NCBI RefSeq assembly: GCF_009914755.1 | Contig: NC_060926.1 | Length of the DNA stretch: 64,000 bases | Origin: the human T2T-CHM13v2.0 reference genome, Homo sapiens | Strand: one strand, 5' to 3' | Shown: piece after piece, positions 13,328 through 27,589 of the stretch | Layout of the letters: each line of letters opens with the position of its first letter | Position numbering within the stretch: position 1 is the first letter of the stretch | Position numbers and translations under genes: made by a program | Notes under the pieces: generated by a model | Database searches by the model: none | What the model was told of the DNA's origin: nothing | The model's input: only the letters and a program-made list of their open reading frames with translations

Positions 13328-15650
13328 TAATGACTGAAATTTTAAATGAATTACTTTTAAACAGCCAAGATACTATTTTCATAAAATGTCCATTAAGCTT
13401 ATAACTGGCCCCACTAGCACACAAAACACACTGGTACAGATTTGCCTGTCAAGTGGATTGAGATCCAGTGTGCAAGGCCCCTAGGAAGTGGGGTGCAGTT
13501 ACAAGTACATACTGAGAAGGAAAGGTCTAGTACATGGGTCTCTGAAAAGTCAGGCTTGAGAAAGATGTCTCAATGTGAGATGCCAGACAGCCTAGGGAAA
13601 GCCTAAGAGAACAAGGTGCCTAAGAAAGGAGGCTGACGAAGAAAACGAAGTGAGGCATGAGATAAGAAGCAATGCATCAAAAGCAAGCTTAACCCACTGC
13701 CAGCTTCCCTAAAAGTACAACTAGCTATCGGGAAGTCTGTGTTATGGAAATCAGCCCCAAACTTTCTCTGTGCAATTAAGCCTAGTTATTTGAATCTTTT
13801 AAGATATTCTCCATCTCCCTTTTCCCTAATCACAATCATAACCTGGTAAAAGCAATGCCAACTGTCAATGTGCCAGATGACCAATAAATCCTGCTCTCAC
13901 ATACAGCTTTAATCTGTTATCAGTCAAAGACCCATTTCTAGACCTACTTGTAACAATTCCCTGGTGAAAGTATGAGAGCACCAGGATCATGAAGCAAATC
14001 ACTTGAATTTAACAAATTTTATTCTAATTATCTGGGCAAAGAATCTCAGCTTCCACAAAGTTCTATTTTTTACATAAATAAGCACAGAAGTGCAGTTAAG
14101 TTGCAATCCACCTTCCCCATAGCACCTAAGCATATAATTAATTAATTAGGAAGAAATGAGGATTTGGCATAAATCAGTGGTGAAAACCACCTGCTTCAAT
14201 CCCCACAGCTCTCCAAAGGGGTAATACAATAAAGATGATGGCTAGGTGGATCTGATTTTATCCAACACAACCTTGCCTTTCCAAACTGCTGTGGGTGCCC
14301 TCTGTGAGTTGTGCCTCACTGGTGTTGAGTTTAGAATCATCTGGGCAACTATCATACCTTTTTGAAGTCGCACATGCACTTGGGAGAATATAGATACTAC
14401 ATACAATTGGAAGAACTTTTTAGGAAATATGGTAGGTGAATATATTTTGGGGGTCATTTTAGATTTTTGGTTATTTACCAACATCATTGCATAAGACACA
14501 AAAACATATTTAAGTAGAGGGGGATAGTAATATTAAATCCATATATATGAATTTAAATATAATTTATGTTCAAAGGAAGACTTTAAAACAGATTCAAGCT
14601 AACATCTTGTTTTAAGCATTACAAAGGTATAATGTTGCTATTAATAATTCAGTAATGATGTTTAATCAGTAAAAATGGCCACATTTTATATAATTATATT
14701 CCTCGAGGTCTACTCATTCATTATGTAGAAACCACAGAGAAATTTTGCTCATACGTTTTATCATCCTGTATTTAATTCCAGACAAAAACCAGTGGTTGCA
14801 ACTTGACCTTAACATTGCTAACATGTAGTATCTCTGCTTTATCTAGAATATTATTTTGTGGAAAGACAAAACTGATATATAACTGACTTTCTTAAAAATC
14901 TTCTGTTTTGAGGGGCAAAAATAGGGTTCAATTTCTAGATACTTTTAAATTATTTTTTATTTTAAATTCTAAAGTACATAATAGGTAACTAAAGAATCCA
15001 GAATTAAAGAGTCAATGAAGAAACAGCTGCTTTCTTAAAGAAAGGGTGTACCTCCCTCCAAAATTAAACTTTAGCTCAATCCATTATACTGTATCTACAT
15101 TTTGCCTGGTCACAGATTCCACCACAGTGTAAAATTTTTCCTATCACCCTGTTGTTTCTTTAACTGCTGGTCTGATATTCCTGAGCGAGCTGTAAAATGT
15201 GCACTCTAGTAAAGTAGCTATCAAGTTCAAATTTATCTCCCGACACTTCACTCCAGAAAGGTGTAGTATTCACAGCACTGAAACACTGCCCTTGCCTGTA
15301 ATCAGTTGAAAGAACTAAGCACAACGTTTCCTATTTAGAGGGCTGTGCAACAGCCTACAGAAACAGCTAGAGATTGCATAACGTTTCCAAAGTTTTTCCA
15401 GTACTATGTCACTTATGTGTTTGAATAGTTAAGATTTTGTAAAATGTATTTTCAGGAGTTGATAAGAGTTTGTGCACAAAGTTTCAGAAAACAGAAAACA
15501 AAAAGGCTCCCTCAGTATGCCTGAAGTTAAACTTTAAGCACTCTTGATTGCTCTGCTGTAGCTTAGTGGCAGAATCCCCAAATTAAGGATGAAGGGAGAA
15601 ACTATTGTTCCTGACAGCCCTAGAGCCACCTGCGATGTAGCATTACTTAC

Positions 15651-15703
15651 CTAAAGATGGGTCTTTGGAGATGTTTCTTCCTGATTGTGACATGGTCATC
15701 CAT
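15651..15703 (-). CDS. PDE1A: PDE1A alternative first coding exon (PDE1A1-type N-terminus MDDHVTIRKKHLQRPIF-R), phase-2 donor; the remaining CDS lies outside the window to the left
   Basis: The reverse complement reads ATG GAT GAC CAT GTC ACA ATC AGG AAG AAA CAT CTC CAA AGA CCC ATC TTT AG|GTAAGT. The peptide is the known N-terminus of the shorter PDE1A isoform, and the donor is a consensus AG|GTAAGT. Confidence 0.95.
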
Positions 15704-16700
15704 TTAAAGGTGAAGGTTTAACTTCTTCCTGGAAACCACTCCAGAAACTCCAGAGAGGAAATGTGGAAGCTTATCCTGATCTATTGTGCTGCAAGGAGCC
15801 CAGAAAGAAAAAGTAGTTTCCTCTTTCTCTTTTTGGGTGCTGGGAGAAAACTTCCCTGTTCTCTGCCAGCTGAGCAGTGTGTCCATAGAGGCCACATAAG
15901 ACAGGCACGTTGGGGCACTCCCCCACAGAGCAGGGTGTGCAAAAACCACCAAGAGTCACGTTGATCCAGGCAAGAGAAGTGCACGGGACCCTCCGAAACA
16001 GAACAAAACAAACAGAAAACTTCCTACCCCAGTGTCATCCAGGTAGGAACTCCCTAAGTTATTGCAGCCATGAGAGCTCTCCTTCCACATGCTGGTCAAG
16101 CTCCGAAAGGCTAAGTCCCTCCCTGTCTTTAAAACAGACTGTTCTGAGGCTCAACTTTTTTTCTTCAAAATAAAAGTTGTACAGCTGGTTCAGCAGCCCC
16201 ATGTGAGTACCCTCTGAAAGTTTGTTCTCTTAAAATAAGAACTGTATACAAATTAATGAAGAAAGATAGGCTCGGGTTGCATGGCTGGCTCTGCTTCAGA
16301 TTATAATTATTTTACAATCTTGCTTGTATTCATGCTGGCTGAAGTGTGGAGACGACTCATCATTTTTAGCACTTATAATCTAATAACCTCCTCTTGGCTG
16401 AAGTTGAAGATGCCATATCAACTGATAGAAGCCCATGCGAAGCTGACCAGAGCTACAAAAGTTAGAAAAACAAAAATTGCTAATTTCTACTGGTGACATT
16501 ATACCCAGATGTCTGTACCCAAATGTGGTTTCCAACTAAGAGGAAACATCTCTTGCAAAAAAGAGATGGAAACACACACACACATCCACATGCTTTTTTT
16601 TAACAAAAAGCCCCTCCAAAGTGCCTGGGAGCCTATGGTTTATATATTATGTGATGAAATTTGGATTTATAAAAGTAAAAGGAAAGAAAAGAAGGTATAA
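15704..16700 (-). promoter_or_regulatory. PDE1A: 5' UTR and proximal promoter of the PDE1A1-type transcript (TSS not determinable from sequence)
   Basis: Lies directly upstream of the ATG in a repeat-free block (~13.3-17.2 kb); locally higher GC with retained CpGs at 15900-16110; not a CpG island. Confidence 0.65.
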
Positions 16701-17204
16701 AAGAATTTGTGAACAGCTGAAAATAAATGATATTAAAAATTGTTTTCTTTTAGAAGACAGATTTACACTGCGGGAACTCTTATTCTAGCTCCAGATAAAG
16801 GGAATGCTCGTATTTTAATGTAACTTATTTTGGAGACCTTCCTGTATCTGAATCACTAACAAAGTTCCTATTCAGTCAATAATGTCATAAGATTCCAGGT
16901 CAGAGATTTGTAATAAACTAAATCATTTCAAAGCATGATTAGAATGTTTTTAATATATACATGTAATAAAAAGGGAAAAATGAGTAACGTGCATGCCTTT
17001 AGTTGAATGATCCATAAAAATAAAGATCAAATGTCACAAAGGAGGATACTATCTGTAGTTATTGGCACTCTCCAAATACTTCCAGGGAGAAAGATCACCT
17101 TTTTATTTTCCTCCCTGAGGAGAGATAAGGAAGGAGAAGAGAGTTATAAGGGAATCATGGATTTTATCGAGCCGTTCTAATCCAAACTAGGAAATGTAAT
17201 CATT

Positions 17205-17380
17205 ATGAGAGCACTGAACTAAAAATAAAATAAATGGGTTCTAGTCCTAGTTCTATTGCAAATATGCCGGGCCACTGTGGGCAAATTTCTTGACCTGTCT
17301 GAGACCATTTTCTTGTTTGTAAAATGAAATTATAATATTAATTGAATTCTATATTTCTTTCCAGCTTTAATGGTACTATC
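17205..17380 (+). mobile_element. MIR3-like
   Basis: gggttctagtcctagttcta...gggcaaatttcttgacctgtctgagacc...tgtaaaatga. Confidence 0.65.
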
Positions 17381-19177
17381 ATGTTATTTCTAAATCTGAT
17401 TCGCCTGCTTCTTGCAAAGAAACTGCCATAGAAGTTATGATGCCTGATACTTCAAAAACTACACACTTATTATGTACTGTTATAAATAAATAAGGAAGCT
17501 ATAAATAAAAAGATGATTTTATATTATGTATAACATATTTATATAGATATTACATAGTTATGTAGTGACATCTATGTCACTGTTCTCTTTATGATCAATA
17601 AGTACCAATGATAAATTCACATGTGTGCTATACAGCAGTTAAATATACTGACCATGTATAAACAAACTTAGATACAGATCTTTGAAGCAGATGCTTTATT
17701 ATTACCATATGCTTTGGCTTTCTTTGTATTTAGGAAAGCACATAAGAAATAACACATTGTACAGGTCTTCTGGGAGGGATTTTGCGTTTGTGGGTAGCAT
17801 TCAATTTCTGTAGTCATGGTTTACCTATATTACCATTAATATAGCATAAATCTTCCTCCTGAGGGAAAATTCAAGAAAATAATAAGCCCATCAACTTTTA
17901 AAAATTAACTTTCATTTTGTCTTCTTTTGAATTGGAAATGTGAGACAATTTCTACATGAACACAATGGAGGGAACTCAACATAAATACTAATAAACATCT
18001 AGCCAAGGTACAGTTCAAACGGCAAGCAAGTATGAAATATAGCTTGAAGTCCAAAGGCTTGATTACCAGCTGAAGAATCTGAAAGTTGTTAATCATAGGA
18101 AATCCATAACATACTTCATTACCTTAGGTTTATATTCTTTTTTCTTTCTGTGATTAAGTTAGAAAGTTTAGATTCACTTTATGGAAAGCACTATATTTAA
18201 AACCAATCTGAGACCCTATAAAGCATTCAGATGATACCAGTAAATTAAATATTCACTGGGCACAAAGAAAAATATATATTTCTTAAATGTTTTTATTAGC
18301 TTTTTCTCAAAGAACATTTAAATTTAACATTGGAAAAAAGTTGGCTTTATCACCTTATTCAACTTTAATGTAGTATTCAATAAGACAAAGATTTCATGAT
18401 TATTAATTAAATTACTAAAATATATTCCTTACATTAACACAACTGTAGTGTGCAAAATACTAAAATATATGGCATAAATAAAAAGGCCAAGTCTTCTATA
18501 CAATAGACTATAATTTATTATGAATAGTTTTTTTCCTGAGGGGGGTCAGAAAGGGTGTTTTTATTTTTCCTGTTGTGGAAAAACAAAGTCAGGCTGACTT
18601 AGTCTAACACGTTCACACACATACCCTACCCGACTCAGTGCTGTTAGAAATCGTCCTAACTGGTGCTCAATAAATATGTTAATTTTCTAAAACACAAATC
18701 AGCTGAAACACACCAAGAATTCCATCTAACCAACTCATTTTGTGTGACAAAACACATAGATCAACCCATGTGACTTTTCCAACCAAAAGTACCCTAAGAG
18801 TGTCATGGTATTTTCCATTAAGCATCATGGAGAAAAGGTAAGCTTTTCTTTTCCTGATTTTCTTCATTGTTATAGTCTGGCTGTGTTTGTAATACACAAG
18901 TGCCAAAGCATGCAATGGCAAAAAGGTCATTTGATATTATGCCATCCCAAGCACTGGAAAATGCATGGGTCTGCAGGTTCTCAGTTTAAGCATGTAAGTC
19001 TAGTCAAATAGGACGTGAGACCACATGTGTGTTCTTTTTGTTAAACAACATTTAATTAAACACAGTGTTACAAGTTATATATTTTAATGAGCTTCAAGTT
19101 AAGTGCAGGAGGGAAACGAAACTGCAAGAAAGAAAGGATTAGATGGCATTTTAGGTTTTACCATGACACATATATGA

Positions 19178-20213
<1,036 letters not shown>

Positions 20214-20714
20214 CACAACACTGCTTCTTTTACTCTTCCTTCTCTACCATTCACCAAAATTAAAGCTAGCCTTGTGTATGATTAGAGTACCTCACACACC
20301 TAAACTCCAGTTTAGTTGTTGCCAATCTTTTCTCTTTTTTGACATATCATACATGAAAGATAAAGTGTGCATGTGATCCTCCCCCAGGAAAGTTCCAAGG
20401 TCTTGCTAAAACCATGAAGAGTAAAACGTGGGCATTAAATGCAAACACTACTATAATTTTCATTTGTCATAACTAGGAATATCACATCAATAAAGTGGAA
20501 CACCACTTGGTCAATTATACCATGAGATAAATGGCAGGGTGTAAATTCTTCCTCATAAACTAACCATAACTTTACCGCTTTACCTCTAGAGGAAAAACTA
20601 CTGCATATAAGTGAGTGACAGTAGAATCATTTTCGAGATAACTTAAATCTGATTTATCCTTCCAAGGTAAGTCATTCACAACTCTCAGCATTTTGTTCAT
20701 TCTTTATAACACAT

Positions 20715-20830
20715 TTCTTGCTACAAGTTTTACAACTGACTAAGAAGCTAGTAGATACATGATAGAGCTGGGATTTGAACTCAGATGTCTCATTCCTGAG
20801 CCCAAGCTTTTACTCCTTACAGTAGGCTGT
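20715..20830 (-). mobile_element. MIR fragment
   Basis: agagctgggatttgaactcagatgtctcattcctgagccc. Confidence 0.6.
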
Positions 20831-21124
20831 CATCTTGGCAAGCACTCTGTCTCTGGGGTCACTCAGGATCTTTCTGGGCTGTATTTAACATTCTATTGGG
20901 AAAAAGAAGAAACAACTTACCACTCCAGAGAGTTTCTATTCTTCTTCTAACCGCCTACCCTACTCAAGTGTCATAACATTGCCAATTATGTTCCCAATAC
21001 CTACAAAAACACCAGCCCTAGAAACATTTCCAAAGGGCCCTGGTTTACTTGATATCAAGGTGAATTGAATAGGCTTATAGATTATCTCCTGCTAAGATAT
21101 GAATGAAAGTTCTGTTCTATTATA

Positions 21125-21290
21125 AAGATCCCTAGACTAAAGTCAAAGAACATATATTTAAACCCCAGCTTTAGCGGCAAGTTTCCCTTCAACTCCCTGT
21201 ATGTCAGTTTCCTCACTAATCAAACTAAGAGGTTGGACCAGATGACCTCTAAGATCCTTTCCAGCTCTAAAATTCTGTGCCTCTCTGACT
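21125..21290 (+). mobile_element. MIR3
   Basis: tcagtttcctc...gaggttggaccagatgacctctaagatcctttccagctctaaaattctgtg. Confidence 0.75.
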
Positions 21291-21495
21291 AACCCTATGA
21301 TAAAATGTTAAGTTATTTAAATTTAATGTCCAACCAAGAATAAACTCTGTAGTCATTTTTAACTCTCCTTAACCACAACAAGGTCATGCATACCACCAGA
21401 ATACTTTTCATCCCCATTGTTGTAGGATTAAAAATACAGCACACTACTCAAATGTGAAAATAAATTAAAGTATCTTTTTTTAAATTGAGCTTTGC

Positions 21496-21532
21496 TGTTG
21501 TTGTTGTTGTTGTTGTTGTAGTTGTTGTTGTT
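21496..21532. repeat. (GTT)n microsatellite
   Basis: About 12 units with one GTA interruption. Confidence 0.9.
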
Positions 21533-22799
21533 ATTTTCCTTATAGCTTCAACCAGGAACTACCCTCACTAAGCTCTGGAAAGGCAGGGATTAGTGTCTGT
21601 TGTATTCCCTGTGCATAGTATATAAAAGATGCTCACTGGTTATTTGTTAAGTGAATGAATACATGAACAAAGTGATCATTAATGCTATCTCATCATCTTT
21701 TTATATAAATACATATTCTTTTTCTAAAAACTCAGTAATATCTGTTAAATGTGTAATCTTTCATATTTCCTCCAGCCCATTGTTTTTCTTCAAGGAGACA
21801 CCTGAGTTTATAAGGAAGAGGGTTTCTCTGACCTTGAGGTGGCAGGAAAGAAGTGGTCTCAGCCCCAAACCTGCAGGTCCCTGATCTCCTTTATGTCCTC
21901 TGGTCTCTGCAACTATGTCCCTTGTCTGTCTTGTCACTTGGTTCCCTGCACACATCTACAGCTAAAATCCAGGGCTTCTCTGATCAATTGCCTCAGTTTG
22001 GGAACCTTGGTCATTTGTCATGGATTGAGCCAATCTCAGCCTTCCTTGTTACTTCAATATCCTCTAAGTCTCATCCACATCCTCCACCTGGATCTCTATT
22101 GAGGCTATTAAACCTTTGGCATCTGTCTAGGACCCCCAGCCTCCTACTGTGGTCATGGCAGGCTCATGACAGATACACTGCTCCATCTCAGCTAGCTTTT
22201 GACATCCTCACAGGGCTAGCAGAACTTCCTGAGACTCCATCCCACACAGGCACTGAGGAAGACTTGGGATTGGCCACACCATACCACCATTTTTACTCTG
22301 TCATAGCTAACTCACTAAATCACAGCAAAATTCACTCTGCTTTAGCTTTTCACTTTCAACCAAACCTGCTCCTCCTCTGGGATTTCAGCTTATAGGAAAG
22401 AAGTCAAAATACTTTGACCATTTGCACAAAACACCTTCTTTTGGGGGTTCTCTTTTCTGTACTTCATCAGGGCAGAAGAAATGCTTTCTTAATTTATCTC
22501 CTGCATACCTTTCATCCATGGTCTATAACAGACCCAATGTTCAAGTCTACAGCCCTTGATCATGTATATCAGGTAGAGCTTCAGGGATTTAAGAAATAAT
22601 TTTTGGTGTGAACAAAGTCTGGCTTTCAGAAATATTGTCTTAAAGGGGCTCAAAATTTCCATTTAGGTTTTCAAAACTGGCCCACACCCATGCTTCTGGT
22701 CATACACATCAAAATGGAAGATAGACAAATACATTATCACTATATATGATGAAACTTTCTTATTCATTTCATTGGGTGCATAATGAGTACAGCATACCA

Positions 22800-23160
22800 C
22801 AATATCCACATTCTGCCTGATCCGGCCCTCGTGTACCTGTACCCTTCATCTCAAAACCCTGACCTTTGGCTCATTCCCCACTACCTGTGCTGGCATTTTG
22901 TGCCTTGAACACTTCACGCTCTTATCCTGCTGTTTCTGTACATACTTTTCCTTCTGTTTGAAATGCTTTTCATCCTGCTCATTGCTCAGATATCATTGCA
23001 GTGTCCCTCTTCAGAGATGTGACTCTCCTGACAACTCTATTTGAATTTCATGTACCTGTACCTGCAGTTTTTCCTCCCTCAGCAAGTATCATAATCTGTG
23101 TGCATCATAATCTGTTTAATTTTTTATTCACAAATGTATCTGTTCAATGCATGAATAAAT
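22800..23160 (+). mobile_element. L2 3' region
   Basis: ttccttctgtttgaaatgctttt...tccctcttcagagatg...tgttcaatgcatgaataaat tail. Confidence 0.55.
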
Positions 23161-23416
23161 CCATTCTGCAGGATACAATAACTGAGGAAAAGATCAGAAC
23201 ATGTAACTTACCCTGACTACTATAAAAATAAACCTAGTCAAGTTATACCAAAAATATATTTTTTCTCATATATGTGACTGTAAGACCCTAAAAACAGACT
23301 CAGTGATCTCTTGTAATGCTTCAAAACATTTTGTAAAACTTACATTCGTGTTTCATATTTGCCATTACACTTCTTCAAATCTGGAACTTTACATAAACGA
23401 GAGCAAATACAATGGC

Positions 23417-23752
23417 ATCTTGGTCCATGTTGTTCTGCTGTAACAGAATACTTGAGACTAGGTAATTTATAAAGAACAGAAACTCATTTCCTCACAGTTA
23501 CAGAAGCTGGGAAGTCCAATATCAAGGTGTCAGCCTCTGGTTTAGTGAGGGCCTTTTTACTACATCTTCAGATAGGCAGAAGGCAGAAAGGAAAGCTAAC
23601 TGAAAATGAAGCCCTTTTTTTTTCCTGAAAGGGCCTTAATCCCCTTAAGAGGGGAGCAGCCCTCCTGGCCTAATCACCTCTTAAAAGTCCCCACCTCTAC
23701 TACCACACCGAAATCACTTGAATTTTGGAGAGGACACATTCAAACCACAGCA
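23417..23752 (-). mobile_element. MST-type MaLR solo LTR
   Basis: ctgctgtaacagaatacttgagactaggtaatttataaagaacagaaa...ttttggagaggacacattcaaaccacagca. Confidence 0.85.
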
Positions 23753-25734
23753 AAGAGAATTGTAAAATTAACAATACAACTGAGAATCACTTTGAAAATG
23801 GTTCTCAGCCTCACCAGAAATGTTTTCTACCTCAGGGGAAAATTTTCTATTCACTCAATAGCTTTATACTAGATTCCCTTGATTTGTGTATCAGACTCAG
23901 TTCATTGGCCACAAATTCAATAACAAAATACACAAGAATTATTATTTTCTTAGATTAATTAATAATAATGTTCACATTTATAATTTCTAGTGACAGAAAA
24001 GCTGTTCCCCAAATTGGCTAACTCCCCGGTCATTTAAATCCATCAGAAACAAGGCTTTCTATGTCACAAAGTAGAAGAAATTCCTCTTTGTCACTGAAGT
24101 GTAGGAGTAGGTAGGTTAAAGTTTGATTGGCTCCAATTAGCACTCCCACCACTTCTCACAGCCTTAAGTGCTGCCCATCAAAAAACTTCCTATAAGTAGT
24201 GTAACATTATATGAAAACATCATCAACAACAACAACAATAGAAATAATTTAAAACAGATTCTCATAGCCAAACATCCGTTGCTTAGTGTGTAATCAACGA
24301 ACATACAAATCTACTATTAAAGGAAATGGCTTTTGTATAGTAGGTAGTTAAAGGAACATTGCAAAAAGAAGTCTCCTTAATATAAAATTCTCTTTGAGTC
24401 AGAGGTCTAAAAAGGAGATGGCTGAACAGGGGTTGGAAGGATGAATAGATATTCAACTAGCAGGATAAGAAGAAGAGCAAGCAGAGTGTTTCATAAGCCC
24501 TAAGTACCATGCAATAATACGTGATTTCAAGTGCACATGGTGGGTGAAGCAGTGTGGTGTCAGTCATGCGGCATTCGCCTGCAGTTACAGAGGCTCACAC
24601 CATCACATAAAAAGAGGGGTTGTAATTAGGGAACAATTACATGTTCCATGTGATATCAAAGTTTTAAAGCATCTGATTCAGAGGTTTCCATTACTCCCCA
24701 AACATGCCAAAAATATTCTTATCTGCAATTCTTCAGTCAGTGGAAAGCTGTTCAAAAGTAGCTGCATACTGAGACTTGGTTAGTTTCTCTGAAACTCTGA
24801 AGTCCATCACAAAATCAACAACCTAACTTCAATATTGAGTCCTCCTTACCAGCTTTCCTCCGTATTTTAAGTTTGGCTTCAATATAATGCTAAATTGGAT
24901 TAGCAATTTTTTTAAGTCTGCTTAAGCTTTCAGTAATGCTTATGAATAAATGTTCAGAGCTACAACCAAGAAATGAATTGAATCAATGTCAGTAATGGAA
25001 AATTCCTAAATGCTAAACTATTGGCTTCTCTAAGCTTTGAGAATTAGACAGCAATAGAGATAATCATGACTCATGCTGACTGAGTAGAACCATCCACTGA
25101 CTTTGCCAGACTTCCAATAGTGTGTTTGGTAAGGTTCTGTGTAAATAATCCAAATGTATAGAAATAGGTTACAACACTTATTACCTTTCTAAAATAAAAA
25201 TGAGTTATTAACAGAGAAAATCAATACCACATATATTTGTACCCTCACTCCTTAAAAAACTCATTCTAGTTTCAGCTTTTCTCTTTGCTTCTATGGAATA
25301 CTCCCTCCACTCCAAGTGCACTGTAATAATCTATCCTTGGCAATCTCATCTTTGGAATTACTATCTTCTTTTGAATATCAATGTATCATTACTATTAATT
25401 GTTCTATGACATGCCATAGTTACCATAATTTTTTTGTACTTTTATTTTATTAAACTCAAAATTCAAATTCCATACAGGATTTAAACTGGTCAGTAGTGCT
25501 TTCCCAAGCCCCATACTGGACATATTATTTATTGCATCATCTACTGCATGGCTCGATACCAGAAGAGAATACTGGAAATCAAGTCTATCTTAGAAATGCT
25601 GCATCTTTTTCAACATTATGAACCCTCATCTTGCTCTATGGTACTAGAAAATAATAATTTTCCCTCATCTGCTCTTTACATGACCCAATGGAAAATGTGG
25701 AGGGAGGAAAGTTGGCATGTGTTTGGCAGTCATT

Positions 25735-25965
25735 AACTGTGTCAGGTACTATACTTTATATGCCCTGTTTCAGTTAATTCTACATAACACACCCAAAAGG
25801 TAGAATCGCATATCTTCATTTCACACTCAAGGCAACTAGACTTTAGAAAAGTTATATAATTTGCCAAAGACTATATAGTTCGCATATTACAGTAATAGGA
25901 TTTGAATCCAGTCTTTCTGATGCTGACCTCTTTGTTCTTACTAACATATTGCACTGCCTCTCCAT
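25735..25965 (-). mobile_element. MIR
   Basis: ctgtgtcaggtacta...aatttgccaaagact...ggatttgaatccagtctttctga. Confidence 0.7.
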
Positions 25966-26569
25966 GATCATATTCTTAGTTTTAATAACAGCCTTTAAAA
26001 AGCACCTTGGCCAACCATATTTTTAAAATTATAATTCTCTGATAATTTAAATTAAGTTGAACCCTAGCAGGAATTGAGACTTGATTTCAGAGACACATTT
26101 ATCTGGTTTGGGTCAATCTCACAATACAAGCCTTACATGTGGATGGATCAATGAACCATGAAAAGCAGAAGACTGAATATTTGGATGCTTTAAAGTTTAA
26201 ATTTTGCCATTTGTTTGCTGTATAATCTTCATTGAACAAAAGTGGATAAACAAAACTTCTGGTCAAAACATCACTGAGAAACTCTTGGGGAAAAAATCAG
26301 ATTAGTAAATGTGCAAATGAAGTTGTGATATATATCCCCAACGTACAGAATGGGTCTCCAACACAAAGGTGTGTCTGTAAGGTAATTTTCTCTTTGAAAT
26401 CCTATTTGCAACCACCCAAACCGTAAAAATAATTAATTGATTAATTAAAACTCTCTACCTTTTCTCTAAATCACTTCATAAGATGTTTCACCTTCACTGA
26501 AAAGGCTAGATAGGCTCCATTCATAGACTTGTAAAGCTAAGAGTTACCTATGAAATTACCTAGCCCCTA

Positions 26570-26790
26570 TATCCAATAAAAGAGCTGTTGCCATTACAGA
26601 GCACATATGTACCAGGCACTGCTGAGGATTCTACAGAACCTATTACACTGAATTCCCCAGATGACAATATGGGATAATATTAGTATCCTAATTTTAGAGA
26701 TAGCTAATATTGTACAGCTGGGACTGACAAAACAAAGGTTTGAACCTGGGACTGCTTTTCACCAGAGTCCACAGAATTAATTATTAGTGC
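26570..26790 (-). mobile_element. MIR
   Basis: atgtaccaggcactg...attagtatcctaattttagaga...ggtttgaacctggg. Confidence 0.65.
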
Positions 26791-27589
26791 CTTGTAAGGT
26801 TGGGTCCATCTAATATGATTCACTTTGATTCTTTCTCTCTGTTTCTTACAATCATTTTATATTTTTATCTTCACTCTTTTCTTTTGCTCTGTTTCATAAA
26901 TAATTTTCTTTTCCAGTGATAAGCATCAAGTGTATTATTAACTGGTTCTTATCTTAAATTTATGGAGATTCTGAATTCACTTCTCTTGGTTGTTCTGCAA
27001 ATACAGAACATTGCTGCTGTTTTGAATGTACACATTGTTTCAGTATAGTTCATGAACATCAATTTTTTGACCTTGAGGTAATGAGTTATTTGTTATAAAT
27101 AGAATCATAGACTTCTGGAATCTGAAGGGATTTTCAAGGTCAAGTTATTCACCTTCCTAGCCATTACAGAACTCCTCTTGTTTTTCCTCTCAGAGAGCAC
27201 TTACCTCTCAAGTATCCCTGAGCTGGTAAAAGTAAATCTACAGTTCCCCTGATCTCCAAATTTAAGACCTCTCATAATATGAGCATTTCATCTTGTTAAA
27301 TGCTACTTGTATTTAAAGATAGAGACTTCTTATACCAAGTTATTTAGCCAATACACAATCAAAAAACAACAATCTACTCCAAGAATGGAGGGAAAACTGG
27401 CTGCGTTCAGCTTACTAAGAAGTCCTATGTTGGTCTCCAATGGGGCCACCTCTAAGGCATATGGAAAGGTAAATTTTGATTTTAATTTTTAAATCTTGAA
27501 ATATATTCTATTTTTAAAAGTAATTTTAATACAATTAAGTGCATTCATAAAATAAAAGGAACAAAAGAGGCAAAGAGGGGAGAGAAAGG

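Noticed and set aside
14242-14499. Minus-strand ORF with an AAG|GTATGA donor-like site near 14358
   Set aside because: The peptide is not a PDE1A sequence I recognise and there is no strong acceptor or start context.
15700-15710. CCATTTAAAGG over the start codon as a CArG box
   Set aside because: Seven A/T bases between CC and GG; it does not fit CC(A/T)6GG.
21853-22395. 180-codon plus-strand ORF
   Set aside because: GTG start, locally higher GC that makes long frames likelier, and no homology; possibly an old LTR remnant.
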